From the NCBI GenBank assembly GCA_050745405.1, contig JBOGJQ010000286.1:1-46845 (forward strand): a DNA stretch of 46,845 nucleotides, read 5' to 3'. Under the pieces are notes generated by a model, which had not been told where the DNA came from, did not search any database, and worked only from the letters and a program-made list of their open reading frames with translations. Shown here piece after piece: positions 33,731 to 42,954 of this stretch (positions are counted from its first letter, which is position 1; each line of letters starts with the position of its first letter). Both the position numbers and the translations under genes were made by a program. This DNA comes from Thermoanaerobaculia bacterium. GTDB lineage: Bacteria > Acidobacteriota > Thermoanaerobaculia > Gp7-AA8.

Positions 33731-36460
33731 TCACGCCTCATTCTCCCGCGCCTCCAGCTCCGCCTGCGCGGCGGCGAGGCGCGCGACCGGAACGCGATAC
33801 GGCGAGCACGAGACGTAATCGAGGCCGCAGGAGCGGAAGAAGCGGATCGAGTCGGGGTCGCCGCCGTGCTCGCCGCAGATCCCGACCTTGAGCTTCGGGT
33901 TGCCCGCGCGGCCGCGCTCGGTGCCGAGCCGGACGAGCTGCCCCACGCCGTCCGCGTCCAGCGACGCGAACGGATCGCGCGGCAGGATCTTCCTTTCGAT
34001 GTACTCCGGAAGAAACGAACCGATGTCGTCGCGGGAGTAGCCGAACGTCATCTGCGTGAGGTCGTTCGTACCGAACGAGAAGAATGCCGCCTCGGGGGCG
34101 ATCTGCTCGGCGAGGAGAGCCGCTCGCGGAATCTCGATCATCGTCCCGACGATCACCGGGACCTCGACCGCGGCAGTCTCGACGACTTCCTTCGCGGTAC
34201 GGACCACGAGCTCCTTCAGGATCGTGAGCTCGCGCAAGGTCCCGATCAGCGGGATCATGACCTCGGGCCGGACCTCGACGCCTTCATTGCGCACCTCGAC
34301 CGCGGCCTCGAAGATCGCCCGCACCTGCATCTCGTACACTTCGGGGTACGTGATGCCCAGCCGGCACCCGCGATGTCCCAGCATCGGGTTCACCTCGGTG
34401 AGCTGGTGGACCTTCGAGCGGAGCTCGATGAACCCCCATCCCATATCGCGAGCGAGCGCCGAGATCTGCGCCTCGGTCTGCGGCAGGAACTCGTGCAGCG
34501 GCGGGTCGAGGAGGCGGATCGTCGCCGGCATCCCGTCGAGCGCGCGGAAAATCCCGGCGAAGTCCTCCCTCTGGAACGGCAGAAGCTTCGCCAGCGCCTG
34601 CCGCCGCCCCTCCGCGTCGCGCGCGAGAATCATCTCGCGCACCGCGATGATCCTGTCTTCCTGGAAGAACATGTGCTCCGTGCGGCAGAGGCCGATCCCT
34701 TCCGCGCCGAATGCGCGCGCGACCCGCGTGTCCGCTGGCGTGTCGGCGTTCGTCCGCACGCCGAGCTTCCGAATCTCGTCGGCCCACTGGAGGAGCCGGT
34801 CGAAATCGCGATAGACCTCCGATGCGTCGCGGTCCATCGATTCTTCGATCAGGACCTGAATGATCTCCGACGAGCGCGTCTCGACTTTTCCGCCGAGGAC
34901 TTCTCCGGTCGTCCCGTCGATCGAAAGCCAGTCGCCTTCCTTCAGCACGGTGCCCTTCTCCGCGCGCAGCTCGCTGCGGCCATAATCCACGCGCAGCGCG
35001 CCGCACCCGACGATGCACGACTTCCCCATGCCGCGCGCGACGACCGCCGCGTGCGAGGTGAGGCCGCCGCGCGTCGTCAGGATTCCGACCGACGCGTGCA
35101 TCCCCGCGATGTCCTCCGGCGAGGTCTCGACGCGCACGAGGATCACCGGTTCGCGTCCGCCCGCCATCTCGACGGCGCGCTGGGCGCTGAACGCGATCCG
35201 TCCCGTGGCGGCACCGGGTCCCGCGGCGAGTCCCGTCGCGAGGAGGCGCCCTTCGCCGAGTGCCTTGTCCTTCGCGTCGGCGTCGAAGATCGGCGCGAGG
35301 AGCTGAACCAGCTGCGAGGCGTCGACGCGGCGGATCGCCTCGTCGCGATCGATCAACCCCTCGTCGAACATGTCGTTCGCGACCTTCACCGCCGCGAAGC
35401 CGGTGCGCTTCCCCGTTCGCGTCTGGAGAAGGTAGAGCTTCCCCCCCTCGATGGTGAACTCGATGTCCTGCATGTCGCGATAGTGCGACTCGAGCTTCTG
35501 ATAGACGTCGACGAGCCGCCGATACACCTCCGGCATCGACTCCTCGAGCGAATGGCCGCCGCCGTTCGACTGCTCTTTCGAGATGGGGAACGGAGTCCGG
35601 ATCCCGGCGACGACGTCCTCGCCCTGCGCGTTGGGGAGGTACTCGCCGTAGAAGCGCTTCTCGCCGGTCGAGGGATTGCGCGTGAAGGCAACGCCGGTCG
35701 CGGAGTCGTCGCCGAGGTTGCCGAAGACCATCGACTGGACGTTCACCGCCGTGCCCCAGTCGTCGGGGATGCCGTTGAGACGGCGATAGGTGATCGCGCG
35801 CGGGTTGTTCCAGGAGCGGAAGACGGCGCCGATCGCACCCCAAAGCTGCGCCTCGACGTCCTGCGGGAACTCCTCGCCGGAAGCCTCGCGCACCATCGTC
35901 TTGTACTCGTCGACGAGCTTTCGCAGGTCGGCGGCGGGAATCTGCGGGTCGGTGTCGACGCCGGCGCGCTCGCGCGTCTCCTCGAGCTTCTCCTCGAACC
36001 GGTCGCGACCGATGTCGAGGACGACGTCGGAGTACATCTGGATGAACCGCCGGTACGAGTCCCAGGCGAACCGCTCGTTCGCCCTCGTCGCGAGTCCTTC
36101 GACGGTCGTGTCGTTGAGGCCGAGGTTCAGAATCGTGTCCATCATTCCCGGCATCGAGGCGCGCGCTCCCGATCGGACAGAGACGAGGAGCGCCTTCTGC
36201 TCGTCGCCGAACCGCTTGCCGACCGACTCCTCGACGCGGCGGAGGCTTTCGCGCACCTGATCCGCGAGCTCGGGGGGATGCTTCTCGCCGTGGCGGTAGT
36301 AGTGCAGGCACGCCTCGGTCGAGATCGTGAATCCCGGCGGGACGGGAACGCCGATGTTCGTCATTTCGGCGAGTCCGGCACCTTTGCCGCCGAGAAGGTT
36401 CTTCATTCCGGCGTTGCCGTCGGCCTTCCCGTCGCCGAAGTAGTAGACGTATCGATTCAT
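33731..36460 (-). CDS. ppdK: Pyruvate, phosphate dikinase (909 aa)
   Basis: YVYYFGDGKADG...GGKGAGLAEM N-terminus, phosphohistidine region GGLTSHAAVVARGMG, and C-terminal PEP-utilising domain CGEHGGDP. I prefer the ATG at 36460 (GGAGGA Shine-Dalgarno) over the track start at 36541. Confidence 0.95.
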   Translation of the reverse strand: MNRYVYYFGDGKADGNAGMKNLLGGKGAGLAEMTNIGVPVPPGFTISTEACLHYYRHGEKHPPELADQVRESLRRVEESVGKRFGDEQKALLVSVRSGARASMPGMMDTILNLGLNDTTVEGLATRANERFAWDSYRRFIQMYSDVVLDIGRDRFEEKLEETRERAGVDTDPQIPAADLRKLVDEYKTMVREASGEEFPQDVEAQLWGAIGAVFRSWNNPRAITYRRLNGIPDDWGTAVNVQSMVFGNLGDDSATGVAFTRNPSTGEKRFYGEYLPNAQGEDVVAGIRTPFPISKEQSNGGGHSLEESMPEVYRRLVDVYQKLESHYRDMQDIEFTIEGGKLYLLQTRTGKRTGFAAVKVANDMFDEGLIDRDEAIRRVDASQLVQLLAPIFDADAKDKALGEGRLLATGLAAGPGAATGRIAFSAQRAVEMAGGREPVILVRVETSPEDIAGMHASVGILTTRGGLTSHAAVVARGMGKSCIVGCGALRVDYGRSELRAEKGTVLKEGDWLSIDGTTGEVLGGKVETRSSEIIQVLIEESMDRDASEVYRDFDRLLQWADEIRKLGVRTNADTPADTRVARAFGAEGIGLCRTEHMFFQEDRIIAVREMILARDAEGRRQALAKLLPFQREDFAGIFRALDGMPATIRLLDPPLHEFLPQTEAQISALARDMGWGFIELRSKVHQLTEVNPMLGHRGCRLGITYPEVYEMQVRAIFEAAVEVRNEGVEVRPEVMIPLIGTLRELTILKELVVRTAKEVVETAAVEVPVIVGTMIEIPRAALLAEQIAPEAAFFSFGTNDLTQMTFGYSRDDIGSFLPEYIERKILPRDPFASLDADGVGQLVRLGTERGRAGNPKLKVGICGEHGGDPDSIRFFRSCGLDYVSCSPYRVPVARLAAAQAELEARENEA

Positions 36461-37725
36461 GAGCTTCCTCCGTCGGGGCGGGACTCGCGCACGAGCTCCA
36501 GATCGATGCGATTGTTCAGGAGGACGTGGAGCGGCGCCCATGGGAGCTCGTCCGCGTCCGCGTTGACGAGAGCGGCCCGCCCGCGGGGGACGAAAGCGGC
36601 GCGCCCGGGATCGGCGCCGGCCTTGCGGAGTGCGTCGCGCAACGCGCCGAGCCGGGCCTCGGTCAGGCGCATGTCCTCATCCGCGCTCTTCATCCCGGCA
36701 TGGTAGGCGACGAAGCGAAACCGCTGCGGCGCATTTTCTCCGATGAGTGCGGCGAGCCGCTCGACGGCGGGCTCGCTGCCCGGCCGGAGGCGAGGCCCGT
36801 CGAACTCGAGCGCGTAGAGCGGATATCGTCCCTCGGCATCGAGAAAGGCGCGCATGGGATCGGTCGGCGTTCCCGAGGGTGCGTCCCCGCCGGGCGTCCA
36901 CTGCCCGAACCACGTCGTCCAGAAGAAGGGTCGGTGCGACCGGACATGCCAGAGGACGCCGTTGAGATGCGAGGACGCCGCATCGACGCCGAGCGCCGCG
37001 ACCCCGCGCTCGGCACCGCGGGTCCAGGCGAGGCGGATCACACGCCCCTGCCACGCTCCGTCGAGAGCCATCGGCTCGCGTTCCGCGACGAGGCCACGAA
37101 CCGTCGATCCTTCGCTCCGGAAGTGCGCCGCCATCCCGTTGATCTCCCAGAAGCCTTCGATCGCGGGCCTCGAGACGGAGTCGGTGTTCGTGCCGGCCGC
37201 CAGGATATCCGCGACGCGAACCGAGCGCGCGCCGTCACGGAACGGCGCGATCGTCGTGGCGCGCACGAATACCGCGCGCGTCGGCGTGACGTCGATCCAC
37301 GTCTCTCCCTTCTCCTCGACGTGGACCTCGCCGAGAGAGACGAAGGTGGTTCCGTCGGTGGAGGCATCGAATCGGACGATGCCGGCGGCGGTCGCCGGGC
37401 GAAGCGCGCCCGTCGAGATCCCGATGCGCCGGATCTCGGCCGGTCCGGGGAGGGCGACGACCATCGTCTCCTCGAGATCGTCCGGAGGAGTCGCCCAGTA
37501 TGTGAGCGGATCCCCGTCGATCGCCATGGCGGCCGAGGCGCGGAGCAGCGCTTCCCCGGTGCGATGCGTGACGACGGCGCCGCGCACGAGGGAGAGGAGG
37601 TTGTCCTCGTGGCCGACCAGGAGCGGCTTCTCGGCTTCTCGAGGGGCCGGAGGCTCGGCTTCGCGGCAGGCGCCCAGCGCGAGAGCCGAGGCGATCGCAA
37701 CCACCGCTCCCCACCGCCTCTTCAT
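36457..37725 (-). CDS. Lipoprotein with discoidin (F5/8 type C)-like N-terminal domain (422 aa, hypothetical)
   Basis: Signal peptide plus lipobox ALALGAC. AIDGDPLTYWATP is a typical F5/8-C motif. It has 4-nt ATGA overlaps with glyS upstream and ppdK downstream. Confidence 0.65.
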   Translation of the reverse strand: MKRRWGAVVAIASALALGACREAEPPAPREAEKPLLVGHEDNLLSLVRGAVVTHRTGEALLRASAAMAIDGDPLTYWATPPDDLEETMVVALPGPAEIRRIGISTGALRPATAAGIVRFDASTDGTTFVSLGEVHVEEKGETWIDVTPTRAVFVRATTIAPFRDGARSVRVADILAAGTNTDSVSRPAIEGFWEINGMAAHFRSEGSTVRGLVAEREPMALDGAWQGRVIRLAWTRGAERGVAALGVDAASSHLNGVLWHVRSHRPFFWTTWFGQWTPGGDAPSGTPTDPMRAFLDAEGRYPLYALEFDGPRLRPGSEPAVERLAALIGENAPQRFRFVAYHAGMKSADEDMRLTEARLGALRDALRKAGADPGRAAFVPRGRAALVNADADELPWAPLHVLLNNRIDLELVRESRPDGGSS

Positions 37726-39827
37726 GGGCGCGAATTGTAATCCCGCCGATCGACGACGATCCGCGTCACCTCCGCGATCCGTCGCGCGGCGAATCCGACG
37801 CGGTTGAGCAGCCCGATCCGGTTCTTGCGGACCCGTTCGTCCTCGACCATGACGAGCACGTCGTCGAAGAATGTCTCCAGTTCCGGCGCCATCGCCGCGA
37901 ACGACTCGAGCGCCGCCTCGTACTGCCTCGCCGCGACAAGCTCGTCGATCTGCTCGACGACCGCCGCGCTCAGGTCGGCGAGCCGCTTCTCCGTCGGATG
38001 CGCGAGCAGCGCGTCGTCGACGGCCGTCGACGCCTCTTCTCCGGCGATGTTCCGGATCCGCTTCGCCGCGTCGAGGATCGAAAGAAATTCGGGCCACCGC
38101 CGTGCCGACCGGAGCGCCGTCAGGCGGTCCTGGAGATCCGGCAGCGATCCCTGCCATCCCGACTCCATCGCCGCCGCGATCTCGTCGTAGGCGAAGCCGC
38201 CGTAGCGCGGGTGCTCCATGAGCGTCCGGACGCGATCGCCGAGAAAGTCGCGGAGCTCGTCCGAAGTCGTCGTGCGCGCGTCCGTGTCGATGCCGTGCAC
38301 GTCGAGCGCGAGCTCGACGAGACGCTGAACGGGAAGCTCGAGCCGCCACGGTTTCCGCTGGAGCAGGATCTGGACCGCTCCCTGCCCGGCACGCCGCAGC
38401 GCGAAGGGGTCCTTCGATCCGGTCGGCTTCATGCCGATCCGGAAAAATCCGGCCAGCGTGTCGATCTTGTCGGCGAGCGAAACGACCGCGCCGCCGATCG
38501 TGCGGGGGAGATCGTCCTCGACGTTCACCGGCAGATAGTGATCGTAGATCGCCTGCCACACCTCGGCGGGGGCGCCCTCTTCCCGCGCGTAGATGCCTCC
38601 GATCTTTCCCTGGAGTTCCGTGAACTCCTTGACCATCTCCGTGACGAGATCGGCCTTCGCGAGGCGTGCCGCGCGCTCGATCGCATCGCGGTCGGGAAGG
38701 TCGAGCTCCTCCGCGATCGCCCGGGCGAGGGCGACGATCCGCTCCGTCTTGTCGAGATACGTCCCGAGCTTCTCCTGGAACGTGAGACCGACGAGAGCGG
38801 GGACGCGCTCCTCGAGCGGGAGCCGGCGGTCGGTCTCGTGGAAGAACTTCGCGTCGGCGAAGCGCGCGTTCGTGACGAACGCGTTGCCGGTCGCGACGTT
38901 TCCGTCGGGATCGCCGGTCTGATCCATCACCGCGAGAAACGAGCTCGTCAGACGATCGCCCTTCCAGACCGGAAGCTGCTTCTGGTGGACGCGCATCACC
39001 GTGACGAGAACCTCGAACGGCAGAGAGAGAAAGGCCGGATCGAACTCGGCGCGGACGACTCCCGGCGCCTCGGTGAGGTACGTCCACTGATCGAGGATCG
39101 ACCCGTCGCTCCCCGGCGTTCCGCCCGCTTCGGCCGCGAGCGACGTCGCCCGGCGCCGCAGCTCCGCCGCGCGATTCTCGGGATCGATGACGACGTGCAT
39201 CGCGGCGAGGCCGTCGCGATACGATGCGAAGTCGCCGACCTCGATCTCGCGATCCGCGAGGACGCGATGGCCGCGCGCCGTCGTTCCGGCTTCGACGCCG
39301 AGAAGCATCAGCGGCAGCAGCTTGCCGTCGAGAATCGAAACGACGGAATGGACCGGACGGATGTAGCTCTTCTCGCCGCCGCTCCACCGCATCGTCTTCG
39401 GCCAGTGCAGGCTCTCGACGATCGCGGGGACGCCGTCGCGAAGGGCGGCGTCCATCGTCCGGCCGGTCACCGTCCGCTCGAGCCAGACGTAGTCGTCTCG
39501 GACGGCGATCTGCTCGCGCGTCGCGCCGTTCTTGCGGAGAAACCCGTCGAGAGCGCGCGTCGGGTTCCCTTCCGCGTCGAAGGCGGCTCGGGCCGAAGGT
39601 CCCTTGACCGTTTCCGAGCGATCGGGCTGGCGCTCCGGAAGGTCGCGAAGGTGAAACCAGATGCGGCGTGACGTCGCGCCGACCGCGATCGTCGCCGGAT
39701 CGGGATCCCGTTCGGCGAACTCGCGCACGAGACCCGTGAGGCGCTCGCGCAGCGCGTCCAGCCGCGCGGGAAGCATCCAGGCGGGAATCTCCTCGAGGAG
39801 AATTTCGAATAGGTACGTCTGAGCCAT
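37722..39827 (-). CDS. glyS: Glycine--tRNA ligase beta subunit
   Basis: The N-terminus YLFEILLEEIPAWMLP and overall length (701 aa) are typical, and it follows glyQ. Confidence 0.95.
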   Translation of the reverse strand: MAQTYLFEILLEEIPAWMLPARLDALRERLTGLVREFAERDPDPATIAVGATSRRIWFHLRDLPERQPDRSETVKGPSARAAFDAEGNPTRALDGFLRKNGATREQIAVRDDYVWLERTVTGRTMDAALRDGVPAIVESLHWPKTMRWSGGEKSYIRPVHSVVSILDGKLLPLMLLGVEAGTTARGHRVLADREIEVGDFASYRDGLAAMHVVIDPENRAAELRRRATSLAAEAGGTPGSDGSILDQWTYLTEAPGVVRAEFDPAFLSLPFEVLVTVMRVHQKQLPVWKGDRLTSSFLAVMDQTGDPDGNVATGNAFVTNARFADAKFFHETDRRLPLEERVPALVGLTFQEKLGTYLDKTERIVALARAIAEELDLPDRDAIERAARLAKADLVTEMVKEFTELQGKIGGIYAREEGAPAEVWQAIYDHYLPVNVEDDLPRTIGGAVVSLADKIDTLAGFFRIGMKPTGSKDPFALRRAGQGAVQILLQRKPWRLELPVQRLVELALDVHGIDTDARTTTSDELRDFLGDRVRTLMEHPRYGGFAYDEIAAAMESGWQGSLPDLQDRLTALRSARRWPEFLSILDAAKRIRNIAGEEASTAVDDALLAHPTEKRLADLSAAVVEQIDELVAARQYEAALESFAAMAPELETFFDDVLVMVEDERVRKNRIGLLNRVGFAARRIAEVTRIVVDRRDYNSRP

Positions 39828-39840
39828 TCCGGGGTCGTCG

Positions 39841-40758
39841 TCAGGTCGCCGTCGCGGCGAGCGCCTTCTCGCGCTCCTCCGGCGGAAGGAGCGGGAAGCC
39901 GAGCCGCCGCCGCGCCTCGAGATACTGTCCGGCGCAGCCCACGGCGAGCTCGCGGACGCGCTTGATCACCCCGACGCGCTCGGTCGCCGACACGGCGCCC
40001 CGCGCGTCCAGGGTATTGAAGATGTGCGAGCACTTCAGGGTCCAGTCGTACGCCGGAAGCACGAGCTCCGCGTCGAGACACCGCTTCGCCTCGTTCTCGT
40101 AGTCCTCCAGCAGGCGCCAGTGGAGCGGGACGTCCGCCACTTCGAAGTAGTACTTCGAGAACTCGTACTCGTCCTGCTTCCGCACGGCGCCGTATCCGAA
40201 GCCGCCGCCCCACTCGATGTCGAACACCGAATCGCGCCGGCTGAGGAACATCGTGAGCCTTTCGAGTCCGTACGTGATCTCCGCCGACACCGGCGCGAGA
40301 TCGATGCCGCCCGCCTGCTGGAAGTACGTGACCTGGGTGATCTCCATCCCGTCGAGGAGCACCTGCCATCCGACGCCCCACGCGCCGAGCGTCGGCGACT
40401 CCCAGTTGTCCTCCTCGAACCGGATGTCGTGGCGCGTCAGATCGAGCCCGATCGCGCGCAGCGAGTCGAGGTAGATCTCCTGAACGTCCAGCGGCGACGG
40501 CTTCAGGACGACCTGATACTGATAGTGCTTTCCGAGACGGAACGGATTCTCGCCGTAGCGCCCGTCGGCCGGCCGGCGGGAGGGCTGGACGTACGCGACG
40601 TTCCACGGCTCCGGGCCGAGGACGCGCAGGAAGGTCGCCGGATGCATCGTCCCCGCGCCGACTTCGAGATCGAGCGGGTGCTCGATCGCACACCCTCGCT
40701 CGGCCCAGAAGTTCTGGAGCCGGAGGATGAGCGACTGAAACGAGAGCGCCGCCGGCAT
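39841..40758 (-). CDS. glyQ: Glycine--tRNA ligase alpha subunit
   Basis: [39 protein letters not shown], and highly conserved GlyQ blocks. 305 aa. Confidence 0.95.
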   Translation of the reverse strand: MPAALSFQSLILRLQNFWAERGCAIEHPLDLEVGAGTMHPATFLRVLGPEPWNVAYVQPSRRPADGRYGENPFRLGKHYQYQVVLKPSPLDVQEIYLDSLRAIGLDLTRHDIRFEEDNWESPTLGAWGVGWQVLLDGMEITQVTYFQQAGGIDLAPVSAEITYGLERLTMFLSRRDSVFDIEWGGGFGYGAVRKQDEYEFSKYYFEVADVPLHWRLLEDYENEAKRCLDAELVLPAYDWTLKCSHIFNTLDARGAVSATERVGVIKRVRELAVGCAGQYLEARRRLGFPLLPPEEREKALAATAT

Positions 40759-40791
40759 GGGCGCGCATTCTATCGTGTCGGTAGCTGGGAG

Positions 40792-41472
40792 CTAGTCGGT
40801 GGTAGCTAGTCGGTGCGTAGCTCGCAGCTGGTCGTCGGGCGGTGGCGGCTCCGGCGGCTTCTCCTCCGGCGGCTCTTCGGGAGGCGGAGGGGTGGCCGTG
40901 TCGGTCGGTGGCGGCGGCTGCTTCGTTTCCGGCGGAGCCTTCGTCTCGGGCGGCGGAGCCTTCGTCTCCGGCGGCGGCGCTTCGTCTCCGCGCTCGGCGG
41001 TGGTCGTCTCCTCCGGCACCGGCTCGGGCGGCGCCGGTTCGGGCGGTGTCTCCGGCTCGGGCGCGGTGCGGCGCGGCTCTGTCTGGCGCCGTGTCATGAC
41101 GGGCTCCGGCCGGGGTCGCGGTTGCGCCGGGGGCGGGCGCGGCGCGGCCGCGGGGGGTGTGGTCCTCATCGGGCGAGGGGGCGGCGGCCTGAGACCCAGC
41201 GTGTCGGCTAGGCTGTCCGGCCCCTGCTGGACGACGGTCGTCGTGACCGTGGCGGTGGTGGGACCGACCAGCGTCAGGTTCGTCGTCGTGTCGAGATTCG
41301 TCGTCGTGAGCGGAGGAACGGTGCCGTCGAGCGAAGTCGCCACGGTTCCGGCCTGTCCTTCGCGCACGATGTCGTAGCCGTCGGTGCGCTTCTCCAGATC
41401 GCTCTTCTGCGAGCAGCCGGAGAGCAGGGCCGCGGTTGCGAAGAAGAGGATGCCTTTGAATCGCGTTCTCAT
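40792..41472 (-). CDS. Proline-rich lipoprotein (226 aa, hypothetical)
   Basis: Start at MRTRFKGILFFATAALLSGC (lipobox). The C-terminal half is low-complexity P/E/T/K with APPPETK repeats. Confidence 0.55.
   Translation of the reverse strand: MRTRFKGILFFATAALLSGCSQKSDLEKRTDGYDIVREGQAGTVATSLDGTVPPLTTTNLDTTTNLTLVGPTTATVTTTVVQQGPDSLADTLGLRPPPPRPMRTTPPAAAPRPPPAQPRPRPEPVMTRRQTEPRRTAPEPETPPEPAPPEPVPEETTTAERGDEAPPPETKAPPPETKAPPETKQPPPPTDTATPPPPEEPPEEKPPEPPPPDDQLRATHRLATTD
40921..40990. repeat. Intragenic tandem repeat (18-21 nt units CTTCGTYTCCGGCGG...) encoding (A)PPPETK repeats
   Basis: About four consecutive near-identical units can be read directly. Confidence 0.7.
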
Positions 41473-41615
41473 ATTCGTCGGAGGTTTTGCCAAGGTTTGA
41501 CAAAGAGGTCGCACCTTCTGTGCCAAAGATGACGCTTCGGATCGCGCTGAGTCTGGCAGGGCGCGATCGCGCGGCGGGGTTGCGGCGGAAAGCGTCGCAG
41601 GTCCGAAACATCACG

Positions 41616-42947
41616 ATGCGTACAACGCTCGCTCTCCTGCTCGCGGTCACGATCGCGGGTTGCTCGCTGCGCAACGAGGTCGCGCTGACGCCGATCTTCA
41701 TCGTGCCTTCGGACGTGCGCCCGGACGGAACGAACGTCGTCGAGCAGCAGGCGGCGGGGGAGTTCGGCCGCGCGATCGAATGGGCCGGAACGATCGACGC
41801 GAAGGAGCGCCCGTCGGCGAAGGAGCTGTGGGCGCTCGGTAGCTCCGAGAGCGCGGCGGGGCGGCTCGAGGACGCGCGGCGGCACCTCCGCGCGGCGCTC
41901 GACCTGCGCCCGACATTCGACGAGCGCGGCGACATCGCCTGGGCGCTCGCCCAGACGGAATACCTCGCGAACAACTACGCCGCGGCTCTCGAATGGTCGC
42001 TCCTCGCTTCCGAGAGCGGCGTCGGCATCCGGCAGTGGCACTTCGATTACCTCGAAGCTCTCGCCGGCGTACAGGCGTTCGACATTCCGGTGCGGCGGAC
42101 GGTGACGGTGCCCATGCGCATCGGCTCTCCCGAGATCCCCCGCATCGACGTGGCGCTGAACGGCCGCGAGGGAGTCGACGCGGTGATCGACACGGGCGCC
42201 GTGATGTCGATCGTCTCGGAGACGATGGCCGAGACCGCGGCCGTGCGCAGCCTCGGCGACTTCCGCGGCACGTTCCTCGGGCTTCTCGGCGAGCCGATCC
42301 CCGTCCGCTTCGGCCTCGTCGACTCGCTCCGCATCGGCGAGCTGGAGATCGCGAACGTTCCCGTCGCGATCATGCCGGACGACGAGATGAAGTTCTTCGT
42401 GCGCAACCGCCGGCCCTTCCGGATGGACCTGCTGCTGGGGACGAACCTGCTCAAGGAGTTCCGGATCGAGCTCGACTTCCGCCGCGAGGTCCTCTCGCTC
42501 CAGCCGCTGACGCCCGCGATGCGCCGTCCCGACCCGGACCAGAATCTCTTTTTCGTCGGCTTCCGGCCTTTCGTGCAGGCGACGATCAACAGGAAGGGTT
42601 GGTATCTCTTCGTCGTCGACACCGGATCCGAGGTCACGTTCCTCAACCTCGAGCTGCTGGACGGGATGCCGATCCGCCGCTTCGTCCGGTATCACGGCGC
42701 GACGCTCCAGGGACTCGGCGGCGCGCGCAAGCGCGGCGAGAAAATCGAAGACGTCGAGATCGGGATCGACGCGTGGGGCGGCCGGTTCAAGAATCTCCCG
42801 CTCTACGCGTCCGAGACGGCGAACGCCTACGGAATCCTCGGGCAGAACTTCATGCAGAACTTCCGCGTCGTGATGGACTTCGGCGCGATGCGTCTCGACC
42901 TCTACCGCGACCGCGGGCCGTTCCGGCGCTCCGCGTTCGAGCGGTGA
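41616..42947 (+). CDS. Lipoprotein with N-terminal TPR-like region and two retropepsin-like aspartyl-protease lobes (443 aa)
   Basis: Lipobox AVTIAGC. Two catalytic-type motifs, AVIDTGAVMSIV and FVVDTGSEVTFL, about 150 residues apart. I prefer the ATG at 41616 over the track start at 41487. Confidence 0.7.
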   Translation: MRTTLALLLAVTIAGCSLRNEVALTPIFIVPSDVRPDGTNVVEQQAAGEFGRAIEWAGTIDAKERPSAKELWALGSSESAAGRLEDARRHLRAALDLRPTFDERGDIAWALAQTEYLANNYAAALEWSLLASESGVGIRQWHFDYLEALAGVQAFDIPVRRTVTVPMRIGSPEIPRIDVALNGREGVDAVIDTGAVMSIVSETMAETAAVRSLGDFRGTFLGLLGEPIPVRFGLVDSLRIGELEIANVPVAIMPDDEMKFFVRNRRPFRMDLLLGTNLLKEFRIELDFRREVLSLQPLTPAMRRPDPDQNLFFVGFRPFVQATINRKGWYLFVVDTGSEVTFLNLELLDGMPIRRFVRYHGATLQGLGGARKRGEKIEDVEIGIDAWGGRFKNLPLYASETANAYGILGQNFMQNFRVVMDFGAMRLDLYRDRGPFRRSAFER

Positions 42948-42954
42948 TGGGAGC

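Noticed and set aside
36461-36541. N-terminal extensions of track ORFs: ppdK from 36541, lipoproteins from 41526 and 41487, polA-adjacent lipoprotein from 22927
   Set aside because: In each case an internal ATG gives a canonical N-terminus (a conserved PpdK start, or a signal peptide with lipobox). It also gives a Shine-Dalgarno or a 4-nt overlap with the upstream stop. The extensions overlap neighbouring genes or are Arg/Pro-rich.
33665-36706. 1013-aa plus-strand ORF, together with the 675-aa minus-strand ORF at 34284-36311
   Set aside because: The 1013-aa ORF is antisense to ppdK, whose product is unambiguous. The 675-aa ORF lies on the ppdK strand but in a different, out-of-frame reading frame.
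39467-41974. 835-aa minus-strand ORF, together with the 12416-14038 (540 aa) and 29633-31705 (690 aa) minus-strand ORFs
   Set aside because: All are off-frame or antisense to recognised genes (glyQ/glyS, btuB-like, cystathionine lyase/plsY/gpsA), and none has identifiable domains.
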